Of a stretch of DNA of 62,061 nucleotides, positions 1 through 12,479 are shown piece after piece (position 1 is the stretch's first letter; each line of letters starts with the position of its first letter). The notes beneath the pieces are model-generated. The model saw only the letters and a list, made by a program, of their open reading frames with translations, made no database searches and had not been told where the DNA came from. The position numbers were made by a program, and so were the translations under genes. Origin of the DNA: Vicugna vicugna (lineage: Eukaryota); NCBI GenBank assembly GCA_013265495.1, contig MU057597.1, positions 458,563-520,623 on the forward strand, given 5' to 3'.

Positions 1-2247
1 ACCTATTGTAAGGGCACTTCTCAGCTGATGTCCCTTTTATGTCTGGTAATAATGTTAAAGAGCTAAAGGTATGATTTCAAATGCTTTACAAAGTTCCAGC
101 AAAAGAGATGCTGTTACTTTCACATAACAAAGACATTTGCACTAAGAATCTTAATGTCAAAATTGATTTTCTGCTTTTAAAATGCATAATGTAGTTCACA
201 AGTTATTCTTACCAAATGCAGTCACATCTGCAGAGAATTTAAACCCTGGCAAAGGCCTCCTGCTAACCTTATTTCCAGCAGTCAACCTCTGCTTCCTCGA
301 GCCAAGGGATCATCGTCCAGCACCCATGAGCACCCTCCACTGCTGGGCCCTTGGGAGAGTTTGACTGCATCCACATGTGCTGATAGAGTGGACTCGCCCA
401 TTCTCCTCTTGATGGCCATTTCCACGTTTTTGCTTTTAGGCCCTGCTAAGAACACCCTTGTACATACCTTCTGGATCATATATGACTCAAGTGCATGCCT
501 AAAAGTGGAATTTGTGGGATGTTCAGTTTGATCATCTTTAGCACAAGTACTGGAATAGATGTAAACCTAAGTCTTCCCATGACACCGCACTGTCTCGCTT
601 TCTCAATCTTCCTACCCACAGTACAGTTTCCACAGAGTGAGTCAGTTTTACGCCTCTTGCTGATTTTTAAGGTCAGGCCTGGAACTGCGGTAGCGCAGAT
701 TTTCACAGCTCTACAAGCACACGCACTGCTCATGATTTTCACTCTAGCTTTATTAAATCTCAGTCCTGGCCTTCCCTCAGATCTTTATTGATCTAAATGA
801 ACTATACTGGTACGTCCTAGTGCTGTATTAATATTTTAGCACTTAGGCTCCCCAGTTTACACAGGGCCGACCCCTCCCCATGCCACACAGAGGAAGACCC
901 ATACTCACACGTGTATGGCCCGCACAGATGAACGCCACGATCTGGTCACTGTATATGACCGTGTGCAGGACATGATGGCTCCTGCTGTTACCTGGGACAA
1001 GTAGGACACTGACGCTCTGACACAGCTCTCTTCCTGTATCTTCTTTGAAACATTTCTTTCTAAGATACTGATATTTACTGGGATGTCTTAAAATCTCAAC
1101 TGCCTGAGTGAGTGGTGCTGCTTAGCACTACGAGCATGCCATCTCAGTCTGCACACCCGGGTTCAGACTGTGGCTCTCGGGTTTGCTTTCTGTGTGAGTT
1201 AGGGATAGATGTGTAAGTGTTTGGGGTTCTTTATTTCTATGTGAAAATTGTGATAATTTACCTCTAAAATAATCAAGTAAGTTAATGTTGTTAGACGGCC
1301 TGAAATACTACATGGCAGATAGTAAGGACTGAAAGTTACCTTTAGTTAATTAGATATGTCATTTTTTGGTCATGTTTATTATAAGATTGACCTTGGCCTG
1401 TGTTGTATTTTGGCTGTCTTTATGTAATTCTTTTTTCCATGTAAATATTCTCCCTGACCTTAGATGGCAAATTTTCGCATCATGCATTATACACTATCTA
1501 TATGTGGTGTGTGTACAGACACACACACATACTTGCCATATAACTAGATAATTAAACGATACCCCACAGTCAGGTAGCTGAACTACGCACTGGCTGTTAC
1601 AGACCTGTAGGCATGAAATCATGATTGAGATTCCAGCAATTTTCCCTGATTCTTAAATATACATATGTCTGTTTACCTGAAACAGATAACCTGAAACAGA
1701 TATCTCAAAATTCAGTCCTTTTTAACATTTTATTTTTTTCCTATTGTGTGTTCCTTCCAGAAAGAAAAAAAATTTTTTTGGTACTTATAAAAGAATCTTT
1801 TAGAATTCCAGAAACCATTTTCATAATTGTAGTTACTTAGTAATTTACCTCCTAGATTTATCACGGGTTCCAAAAATCTTTCACCAGTTACTATTGTGAT
1901 GTACCGATTTAAAGAATTTTTTTTCTTGCATCATATTTACATATTAAACACATTATAAAGATTAAGGATTAGGGAAGACAGTTCTGTAAGCTTGTACATA
2001 GATAAACTTTCTAATTATGGAGTATAATTTAATTATCCATTTATGTGGCCAAAAAATATATTATCTAGTGTGTGCTTGACATTTTATTATCTAAGAAAGA
2101 AGACAGAGAAACATTAATATGGAAAAAAGAAAACTGAAAAAAGGTACATCACAGTGGTGTTTGAAGACCATGCTTGAGAAACTTCTGTGTTCACCATATT
2201 ATTTTTTAACTGTCATTTGATATATTTATTTTTTAACTCCATAATAG

Positions 2248-3593
2248 GAAGCCATTCTGCTGGATTGGCAATCAAGGAATTATTACCAAAAGAAGACATT
2301 CATAAAGGAGAATTATACCATCTAGTGATACTGGAAAGAAAGGAAAGCCATGGCATCGAGGATTCTGACCTCAAAGAAATCTCGGAAAATATGCACGAGT
2401 GTGAGCGCGTGTGGCGATGTGATGCAAGAAATCACAAAGAAACGCCTCTGACCCTCAGCCGAACTCTCACTCACAGAGACGATCAGGATGACAAATCCTT
2501 CATCAGCTTTCCTCAGTGTGTTTCTGTAAAAAGTAATACGTGTGAATATCTCATGCATGATAAGCCATTCATGAGAAACTTGTTAGAAATGAAACACAGC
2601 ATAAGCATGGCGGGAAGCACATATAGGAACTGTCTGGAAAGCAGAACTGGAGTAAGTTTGCAGGCCCAGGTGGCTGCACTGCAGGGACTCCCGACTGAGG
2701 AGACAATGTGTGAATACAGTCAAGGTGAGAAGTCAATCAACGGCGGTTCCTCAGTTTCACTTAAAAGAAATCCTCGTAATATGAAAAACATCTTGCTACC
2801 TGCACCAGACAGGAGAACACACACTAGAGATAAATCTCACAACTGCAGTGACTGTGGGAAGGCTTTTTGCAAAAGACCAAACCTTACAAATTGCGAGAGA
2901 CTTCATTCTGCACAGAGGCCCTATAGATGTAATGAGTGTGGTAACGCCTTCAACCAGTGTTCACACCTCACTACACACCAGAGCGTGCACCCAGAAGAGA
3001 AATCATACAAATGTGATGTATGTGGCAAGGTCTTTAGTCGAAACTCACACCTTGCAAATCATCAGAGAATGCACACTGGAGAGAAGCCTTACAAATGTGA
3101 CGAATGTGGCAAAGCTTTTACCCAGTTTTCACACCTGACTAGACATCAGAAAATGCACGCTGGAGAGAAACCACACAAATGTAACGAATGTGGCAAGCAC
3201 TTTACCCAACGTTCAAACCTCCTGGTACACCGCAGAATTCACACGGGAGAAAAACCCTATGCGTGTAATAAATGCGGTAAGGCTTTCACTGAGCGGTCGC
3301 AACTTTGGGGTCACGAGAGAACTCACACTGGAGAGAAACCTTACAAATGTGATGAGTGTGGCAAAGCCCTTACAAGACATTCATATCTTACTCAACATAA
3401 AACAATCCATACTGGAGAGAAACCTTACAAATGTCGTGAGTGTGGCAAAGCTTACACCCAGTTTGCAAGCCTTACTAGGCACCTGAAAGCGCACACTGAG
3501 AGGGAACACAAGCCCCATGTATGTGGCAGTGCTTTTACTCAGAGCTCAAGGTATAGGGCGCATCAGATATTCCCTAGTAGAAACAAACCTTAA
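2248..3593 (+). CDS. ZNF677: Gene A: terminal exon (spacer plus C2H2 array) of a KRAB zinc-finger gene, probable ZNF677 orthologue; KRAB exons are outside the window
   Basis: Acceptor ataatag|GA at 2247/2248, phase 1 as typical for KRAB-ZNFs; open frame to TAA 3591-3593. Seven intact C-x2-C-x12-H-x3-H fingers with TGEKPY-type linkers plus two degenerate ones. Spacer ELYHLVILERKESHGI...HDKPFMRNLL...SLQAQ and fingers NQCS..LT, LWGHER and TQFA.LTRH match human ZNF677 as I recall it. Confidence 0.85.
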
Positions 3594-3639
3594 AAAGAAA
3601 ATGATTCAGAAACAAACCTTAAAAAGAAAATGATTCAGA
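3579..3639 (+). repeat. Perfect 29-bp tandem duplication spanning the gene A stop codon
   Basis: aaacaaaccttaaaaagaaaatgattcag occurs at 3581-3609 and 3610-3638. Confidence 0.95.
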
Positions 3640-3683
3640 CAGAATTTATATGTATATTCAAGTCTTAACCTACGGGACTCCAT

Positions 3684-4531
3684 GAGGGAGAAAAGACATG
3701 GCCAGAAGACACGGGAAAAGCTCAGCACCACTGATCAGGGAAATGCAAACCAAAGCCCCGGTGAGACACCACCTCACACCTGTTCACAGGGCTGTGGTCA
3801 GAACAAGGCTCAGCAAGGATGCGGACAAAAGGGAGCCCTGGGCACAGTTGCTGGGATTGTAAGTTGGTGCAACAACTATGGAAAACATGGAAGTTCCTCA
3901 AAAATTAAACAGCCTGTCATGTGGGCCAAGTATTGTACTTCTGGCTGTTTACTGGAAGAAAACAAAAACACTAATTTGAGAAGATACAGGCACTTGAATA
4001 TTCTCTGCAGCATTATTTCCAGTAGACAAGAAATAGAAGCAGCGGAAGTGTCCATCGGTAGATGAATGGTTAGAAGAAATGGGATATATATATTATGTAT
4101 ACATGTATACACACAAAATGGAGTATTACTCAGCTTAAAGATGTCTAGCCACTTGCAACAACATGGATGGAGACGATATTATGCTAAGTGAAGTCAGTCA
4201 GACTAGAAAGACAAATACCAAATGATCTCTCTCACAAGTGGAATCTAAGAAACAAAAGAATGAAAACATTCATAGATATGAAGGGCAAGTGGGTGGTGGC
4301 TGCCAGAAGGGACGACAGTGCGGTGGTAGGTGAAGTAGCTGAGAGGGGCTAAGAAGTACAAATCTCTAGGCATACGATAGATATGCTGTGTATTACACCC
4401 CCATGGTGTAAACTGTATGTTCAAAACTATGTTAACTTTGAGGACAGATTTTTAAGACAAATGTTACCGTGTGTGGTACAGCCAAAAGTAATGATGGTGA
4501 ACACCAACCAATTATATTAAAAAAAAAAAAA
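3684..4531 (+). mobile_element. 5'-truncated L1 (ORF2 end plus 3' UTR) in the gene A 3' UTR
   Basis: L1 3' motifs (aatggagtattactcagc, gcaacaacatggatgga, atgctaagtgaagtcagtcag), poly(A) 4519-4531, TSD GACTCCAT at 3676-3683 and 4532-4539. Confidence 0.9.
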
Positions 4532-4950
4532 GACTCCATTGTAGAGATAAGCCACATAAAATTAATGCATGTGGAACAGTCTGTAACCAGGGCTCATGCC
4601 TTAAGTGATGCCAGAATATACATCTTTGAGAACCACCAAACCAATGTAACGTGTGGCAACGCTTATCCAAAGTTTAAGCCTCGTGGAACATAATTCTTAC
4701 TAGAGAGAGACCACACAAAGAGTGATGAGCTTTATCAGAATCATCTCTGAGGTTATGGAAGAGTTCATATCAGATAGAAACCATACAAATGTGTCCAGGC
4801 TTTTAAGCAGTGACCTTGGGATACACCACAAAGAAGTCACAGTGGACAGAAACATTACACCTGTAATGCAGGTGCATAGGCTGTTCAGTGGATCCTCTCA
4901 GTGGACTCCACATAAGGAAATTCATACTGCTGGGAACCAAGCCTCTGGCT
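4532..4950 (+). other. Decayed zinc-finger repeats forming the gene A 3' UTR
   Basis: Finger/linker-like remnants (actagagagagaccacacaaa, gaaaccatacaaatgtg, attcatactgctggg) with stops and indels; alignable by eye to 41330-41720 on the minus strand. Confidence 0.75.
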
Positions 4951-6334
4951 TTTGAAGACTGACTAACCTCACATACTAAATTCCACAGAGAATTACAACT
5001 TAGAACTCATGTCTATCAATGGAGGGACAGCTGTTCAAAGATCTAATTATCTGCAGTTTGTAAAATGTTTTATTCAATTATTTGAGGTTTCTTGAAAAGG
5101 CTACGTTGTTATTAATGATATATCGCCTGAAGCCTGTTAATGTCACTCTTTTGTGGCACTGTCACTGCCATGATAAGTGAAAGGCAGAACGGTCACTGGA
5201 GACCGTGTGCTCGCGTCTGCAGCCTGGACTGCGGGAGGTTAGGCTGGGTAAGGACAGAAAGGGCCACTGAAGGTGTACCAGTCAGCTTTCTAGAAGGCTT
5301 GCTGTCGTAACAGCCCTGAGTCCTCACTGGCTTACAGCAGCATTTTATTTCTTCCTCATATCCATCATTACTCTCCTCTTGCTTGGTTCTATAATTTAAT
5401 TCTGTGATCCAGGGTAAATTTCCAGTTTATCTAAGACCATCTTGAAGCAGAAGAGAGGGTCAGATGAAGCAACAAAGAGTTGGAAAGCTGCCACTGAAGA
5501 GTTGAAACATGCCATTCTGCACACCCCAGACTGGCCAGGAGCTCACAAAGCCTCACCTGCCCTAAGACAGTCTCGTCAAGGGGAAGGAAGGGTTGCCTGA
5601 GTGGCCAGCCTGATACCCAAGGGCAGACATGTATCATCTCAGAGCAGCTTTGGTAATCAGTTGGAGATAATATTACTAGATATGTTAGTGCAGCTTCTAT
5701 CAAAATGTCTGTCCTTTGCACAAAATACGTTTATCCTTGACCCAAAGGAAAGAAAAAAAAAGTTTTACCCAAACATGAGGTTCCTCTTGATTCAGAGTCC
5801 TGTGTGACATCCTCCTTGCTCGTAACACATCCTGGACCAGAGAAAGAGGACCTCAGTAAGCCCCCCATTCAGAGAGGGAGGGGCAGGCCCGCAGTGCTTG
5901 GTCTACAGCAGACGTGCAGTTTTCCTGAGCAGGTGTCGTCAGGTCCCATTCCATGGGGCCTGGAGTGGGGACTGATCTTTTTTTGGCTTCATCTTTTCCT
6001 CTGAGAACGGATAATCCAGTATTTTGTGTCTCACTGTCCTTCGCTTAGCCTAGTTACAGCTAATAAAGTATAATCACCTAACGGGTTACTTCAAAAGGCA
6101 TTAGGGCCATGTCCTTCACTTAGGCTGTGCCATGAATTTAGACTTAACTTCCCTATGACCCTCAAAATATTCCTTAATGGTAAGTTTTATCAGTGGGACA
6201 CGAGACACAGTTACAACCATTAATTCTGCTTGTTATTTATGATGTGAAGTCTAGGTTGTAATGTGTAAAAGCAGTTGAAAACCAAATGCCATGTAACTGT
6301 CTTTTGCTTTCCTGATCTCTGCATTGGCGGAAGG

Positions 6335-6487
6335 CACGTCCAGGGGTGATCACTCTCTCACAGGAAACCAGTGCAAATATGTGGAGACACGTTTTGTTTC
6401 ACAGCTGGAGTGGTGCTGCTGGTAAACGCCCCTAGTCATGGCGCAGCTTCACACAACAAAGGAATCTCTGCCCCACAATGTCAATAA
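6335..6487 (+). mobile_element. MER20-like hAT-Charlie DNA transposon fragment
   Basis: atgtggagacacgttttgtttcacagctgg...cacaacaaaggaatctctgccccacaatgtcaata resembles the MER20 consensus. Confidence 0.65.
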
Positions 6488-7637
6488 AAGGGAAAGCTAT
6501 ATGCCACGTAAAGCATCAACCACAGGAGAGCAGGAGTGTCTGTCTTACTAGCAGATAAAACAGGTTTCAAAGAAAATAAAATTACTAAAGAGAAAGAACA
6601 AATGACACAATGATAAAGGGTCAGTCCACCATAATGACTAGGCGTCCTAAGTGCGCGCACAGCAGGGAGCAGCTGCAAAGCACGTGACGCGACAACCGAC
6701 AGGCCTGGAAGAACCCGCAGACCCCCCAGCACAGCTGAGACAACGTCTCTCAATACCTGACCGAACGATGACACGGGGAACAGCAGGACACGGGTGAATT
6801 CAGCACCACCACCAAATCCTGGGGCCTGATTTTCAGGACACCACTCAAAAACAGATCACACACTGTTTTCAAAAGCATGTCTCAAAACAGGTCTCATCCT
6901 GGGCCAAAAGCTACTCCACAAATTTAGTAACATGGAAATCAGTGTCCATGGCCTACAATGAAATTCAGCCCCGAGTCAAAAAGTTTGCTGGGAAGTCTCC
7001 AACGCCGTAAAATGAAACCACCTACCTTTTAAAAATCCACAGGTCAAAGAGGGAAACTCAAGTGAAACACAACAGGCTGAAAGAAAACAAAAATAGAACG
7101 TGTCAAACTTTGTTAAATGTAACTGAAGTCATACTGAGAGGGATCTTTAGAGCATACATGTGTATTAGAAAAGAGGAATTAACATCCAACAGTAATCTAA
7201 GTTGCAGTTAAGATGTCAGGGGAAAAAAGAATGAAAAATGATGTGGAAGGATATAAAGGTAAGGATGAAAATAAAATTGGAAAACAATAGAGAAACGAAA
7301 AGAAGAGCTGGCTCACTGAAAAGGTCAATAAAATTGACAACCCACTAGCAAAACTACCCAAGGCAATAAGAGAAAACACGTATTGCTAACATCAAATGAA
7401 ACCAAGTATTACTAAAACCTTTAGACACCAGAAGAAGAGCAAGACTATTACAAAAACACATATACATACATCTGGCAACTAAAATCAAATGGGCCAGTTC
7501 CTCTAAACATACAACCTACCACGAATGGCCCATGTGAAAGAGATCATTTGGATAAATACTTTGAATTGTGGAGTGAATTTGTAATTTTAAACCCCCCTCT
7601 CCACCGATAAAAGAAATCCGCAGTCACAGCTGGTGAC

Positions 7638-8165
7638 TGTTGGCACTTAAGTTTATAATATTGCTGCCCCAGCACCTATTCTGTGGAGCCAAGAGGCCTT
7701 GCAGGGTCTTAAGCTGACCTCTCCCTTCACCGCACGCCCTAGGTAATAGCCATGGAGTTACAGCAAGTAAGGTTCCTGATGTGACTCCCAACTGCCCTTT
7801 CATGACCATTCCTGCCCGCCCCCCCCCCAACCTCCTGTCACCAAGGGCCTTCTCCTTGTCCTACTTTAGGTAAGACCCCGTTCCCCTCCTGACGGTTACC
7901 AGTCCTTACTTTTTTGGTTTAAATTGACCAATCCAGCCTCTTACACCTGGGGCCCCGAAGCACTCCATCCACGGATCCCAACATGCCCCAGGTCCTGCCC
8001 CATGTTTGCTGCATCCTGCCCTGAACTCTTACCTGGCCCTTCAAGGTGTGCCTCGTAGCTCCTTCCGGATCTGAGTAATGAGTCTCTCCATTTAACATTT
8101 CTCTTTAGTCATCTGTTGAGTAGGGGCTGAACATCTGACACCCAGGGTATATAATTCTAATAAAA
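7638..8165 (+). mobile_element. Probable solo LTR nested in L1
   Basis: Starts TGTTGG, contains CCAAT (attgaccaatcc), composition differs from the flanking L1, and L1 homology resumes at ~8166. Family not assigned. Confidence 0.5.
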
Positions 8166-8558
8166 TGTGGTCTTTTATGCTGAAAACTACAAAATGGTAA
8201 TGAAGGAAATCAAAGATGATGTTTTAGTCATTTAAATGAAACACCATTTTCACTGAACTGTTAAAGACCATATTCATTGATCGACGACACAAGAAATGAT
8301 ACCAATCATCCCAAATTTTCAGGTTTAATGCATTTCCTATCAAGTTTTTTTGTAGACATGATTATTCTAAGGTCAATATGGAAAGCAAGAAAACTAGAAG
8401 CACTAAAGTATCTGAAAAATACTGAAATGGTTGGAATCACTCCACATAATCTCAAGAATCCTAATATAATGATGGTAATCGACTGTGGTGCTGGTGGAGT
8501 GACAGGCACATAGCCCAGTCGAACAGAATGGAGAAACAAAAACCAGCCAAACACAACA

Positions 8559-8774
8559 CAGTTGACCCTCGAACACCACCAGCGTGAGCTGCGCAGGTTC
8601 ACTTACACATGCATTTTTTCCCCCAATAAATACTACAGTACTACAGGATCTGAGCGTGACTGAATCTGCACGTGCCAAACTGGGCACAGAGGGCTGAGCA
8701 CAAAGTTATCCGTGGGTTTCCCACTGCCTGGGGGTCAGCGCCGCTAACCCGCTGCATTGTTTAAGGGTTGACTG
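8559..8774. mobile_element. Tigger2-family (TcMar) MITE
   Basis: Terminal inverted repeats cagttgaccctcgaaca ... tgtttaagggttgactg, followed by TA (left TA appears mutated to CA). Confidence 0.85.
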
Positions 8775-10684
8775 TACTTTCAACTGCTTTTTTGACTAAA
8801 ATGCTAAGGTAACATAATGAAGGTAGGGTTTCAAAAGAAATAGTCATAAACAAGTGGAATACTTATATGTGGGGGGGGAGAATCTCCAATTAAATTTCAC
8901 ACATGTACAAAAATTAGCTTCAAGTTAATCACAGCCTGAAATGTACAAGTATAAAACTTTAAAGTATAAGATATTTAGGAAAGACATTCTAGAATAAAAA
9001 CCAGGCTCTAGGACTTGGTAGAGAGTTCTTGGATATGGCACCAGAAACATGATTCATAAGAGAGAGAAAAAAGATACACTGGAATTCAACAAAACGTAAA
9101 AAAACTTTGGTTTGTGAAAAACCATGTTAAGTTTTTTCAAAAAGCTACATAATAAGGGTGACTTTCCGAGTTCACCCTGCCTGGCATGCATACAGCAATA
9201 TTGCCCTTGCAACAAAAAATGTTCACTTAAGTTTTTCTTCTTTCAGTGTTAACGTTTCTTCCAATAAAGTTACTGGTTCTTAAAAAAAAAAAAGCTACAT
9301 AATAATAGAAAATATTTGCATACCATGTATCTTCCAAGGGAGTGACACATAGAATGTATAAGGAGTTCGTGATCCATGACAGTAAAAATGGAAATTGAAT
9401 TAGAAAATGGGTAAAAACATCAATAAGCATTTCAGTCACGCACATACAGTGAGAAAACAGGCAAACGAAATTATTTTCAGCATCACCATTCAGCAAGTGT
9501 GATGCCTCAGAGTTTTCTGTTTCCTCCACGTTAAACCCCGTCATCTTTAAGGGCTCACGGAAGAGTCCTGCACTCTTGTGATGTTCATTAGGAACATGTA
9601 ATTGCAGGAACTGGCAAATGGGAACATAGGTTTTCAGAAGATTCTCACCTGACCACGCGTGCATGGTCAATGTCACTACATTTGAACTGAAATCGCAGTT
9701 CTAAGAGACGATGTCAGAACTGCAGACGCATCTCAGGTCCCGGGTGGACACCTGCCCCCACACACTTGGTACATCACACTCAGCCCACGGTCCCAGCAGC
9801 GGGAAGAGATTGGGTGAGTGTTTGCCTATTTCAGGCTGAGAGGCAGGGGCATAAGTGAGCACATCTCAGAGTGTTTCTGGAGTAGAAACTAGTCCAGTGG
9901 CAGAGACACTGAGGTGGGAGGAATAACCCTGAGACAAGGCCTGAGTCTGAGGAGATAACTAGAAGTCCTAATACCCCTGGTTTGTGACATGAGAATAAAC
10001 ATCAGTACTTTTTTCAGATCAAAATTCAGTAAGTTATTATGAACAAAGCATTTAACATGACTCACTCAAACTGTGCTATGGAAAATACCCAAACTAAGAT
10101 CACGTCGTGAAGTGATTTTTTTTAAATACACATTAAATATATTAACCATTTTTGGATGGGAACAAATTCTAAGTGGAGGCTGTCGGGTGTCAGCTGCCAC
10201 GGACAAAGTAACACCATCCTCATTTTCCCTGCAAGACTCTCCAGGCTCTGAATGTGCATTCTGGTCCCTGAGAAATGGCAGAACGGCCGACCGGCATCTG
10301 CAATGACTGTCTCCTTGTCACAAACTGCAGGTGGAACCTTGGGGACTTTCTATCTTATTCATCATTGTAGTTTCATTTACTTCAAAGCATGCTTGTTAAA
10401 CTCCACGTATTTGATTTTCAATTACCTGACTGTAGCCAACTCCCACGTTAAAAGGTCAGTTCGCCATCATGCCACTCCAATTATTCCACTGAACCAAAGA
10501 CCGAAGGCAACTCTTTCTTCCAGTTTCTAGTGCACCCACTGTGAACTGGACATTGCCTGATGTGCATGTTCATGTCACAAGGCTCTCCAAACCACCCATT
10601 GTTCTTTGGATCCTTTGGTGTTAAAGACAAAAAATGTAAATTAAACATAATCTGGGTCACACCACCAACTTGAAGTCCAACCTG

Positions 10685-10905
10685 TAAGCATGTTTTTCTC
10701 CCACAAGCCCCACCCAGTAACCACCATAACCCAGGAAGCCCTGTTCTCTAAAACAATTTTCTGAACAGCTTCGAAGTCTCCCCAGTTCCCCTGAAAGCTG
10801 AATCATGAAGCAAACATTCTCACAACAATTCAACATTAGTATCAGTCTCAATAACTTAGGCAAACTTTGGGGAGCGTTCCACCCTATTCCAGTGAATGGT
10901 CACAA
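10685..10905 (+). mobile_element. Degenerate MER74-like ERVL LTR fragment, paralogous to 40095-40425
   Basis: agccccacccagtaaccac...atcagtctcaataac...aactttggggagcgttccaccctattccagtgaatggtcacaa; same position relative to gene B as the copy near gene C. Confidence 0.5.
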
Positions 10906-11250
10906 GTGCCAAGTACTCAACAACAAAGGCAGTGTAGGTAGTGAACGTAAGAAATCTCTAGTTTATCTATTAAAAAGTTACCACTGAATATTTTTTAACA
11001 GTAAACTCATGAATATTGATCTTTTCAAATTAACTGAGCAATTCAAGCAAAAAAGAGAGATTAACTTCATCCTTATTTCTGAAATTTTAAAATTTTCTAG
11101 TATTTTCCATACGCTTACTACATTCCTATTTTGAGTTCATGTAAACTGAGGTGCGCACCATGCATTTTATTTGAACACACACACACACAAAAGGCATGAA
11201 GAAATACATTCAGAGTGCATACTCACGAATGGAGGGCAGGGTTTAGGGGA

Positions 11251-11603
11251 TATTAAAACAAAGTCACTTGCCCTGAGGACAATGAACCAAGATTTAATTT
11301 CAATTTCATCCCTCCCAGGAATGTGACCTTAAAGCAGTTACTCTGAAATTTCTTGATCAACACCAGTGAGGTAATCTACCTTTCCCCTCCTTTCCCCCCA
11401 AAAGGTGACCTTGCTTGAAACAATTTTTTTTTAACTAATAACTTTTTCCATCCAACCCAGGTTCTGCGTACAAAAGCTTTCCATTTTGTACAGCACCTTT
11501 AGGCATCTGTTTATTTAGTAGATGGGATGCAGCCTGATACATGAATCACTCAAGAGCTAATCTGATCTTTACATCTACTCAGTTCAATTTCTGTATCTGA
11601 ATA
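11251..11603 (+). mobile_element. ERV1-class solo LTR (MER34-like)
   Basis: aaagctttccattttgtacagc...tagatgggatgcagcctgatacatgaatc...gatctttacatctactcagtt resembles this LTR class. Absent from the paralogous site at ~40760. Confidence 0.7.
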
Positions 11604-12065
11604 GAAGCCAAGAGCCTGAAGCTGCACTGCTATGGCATTTTCATTTAGCCACAGAAATATTCTGGAGCAGTTTAGAGAGAGTAACTCAAATACAAACTAT
11701 GAATATAGAATCCCCAAATTGTATGTTCTTTGACTCCAGCATAAAAAGAAACTATAGATTCTTTCAACCCTGACAGCCTAGAGGTGCACCATTAGCTTCT
11801 GTTAGACAGAGCCGAGGGGGATAAAACTGTGCTGGAGTGACGGGATTCACCCCGGGGTATGAACACAGTGATTCCATTTTATTAATTAAAACATGAGACC
11901 TGTGATACATTCTGAATAAAACAGCAGCAAGATATAATAACACCACTTAAATGTGAACTACACACATACAGATATTCTGGCTCCTTTGACTAAAACTTCC
12001 TCTTAAGATAATTTCTTTCCAATTTCCAAAAATAAGGCTAATTTTTCATTAATCATAGATATATA

Positions 12066-12479
12066 TGTAGGCCCCCGACTGTGGGAACCAAGGACCGAGC
12101 CTTGGGACGGAATGGTAAACAAGTAATAAAAAGCTGCAGCTCAGAGGTGAGAAGGCTGGGTAGCCCGGGACGGGTGAGACCCCCAGAGGGGGGCGACCTA
12201 AGACAGGCACAGCCACCTGAGTCCAAGAAGAACGTTGTGAAGCAGCCGTTTCTCACACGTCCCGCCCTGATAAGCTGTAAGGCTCGCTGGTGCCAACACG
12301 AACATGATTTACCGACACATAAAGGGTCTTCTGACCTTGAGCCAGACGCTGCCTGCTAACCATTTCCCTTGTCATTCTTCTTTGCTACATAAGACTGTGC
12401 AACTTAACAAAGCTTCAGAGTAGCCATCGGCTCTCTCCGCCTACGGTGTGTGTGCGCACATGGTATCGCGACACCAACA
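12066..12479 (+). mobile_element. Young solo LTR, 414 bp
   Basis: TG...CA termini (TGTAGGCC...CACCAACA), 5-bp TSD ATATA at 12061-12065 and 12480-12484, many CpGs retained. Strand is tentative. Confidence 0.8.

Larger units (their letters stand above)
6488..9440 (+). mobile_element. Old degenerate L1 ORF2 region, interrupted by an LTR and a MITE
   Basis: A-rich L1 ORF2-like motifs (aaggtcaataaaattgacaacccactagc, tatgctgaaaactacaaaatggtaatgaaggaaatcaaaga, agaaaatatttgca); no open frame. Confidence 0.75.

Noticed and set aside
2187..2247. N-terminal 20 aa of the 468-aa ORF (MFTILFFNCHLIYLFFNSII)
   Set aside because: Intronic polypyrimidine tract upstream of the acceptor at 2247; not a signal peptide.
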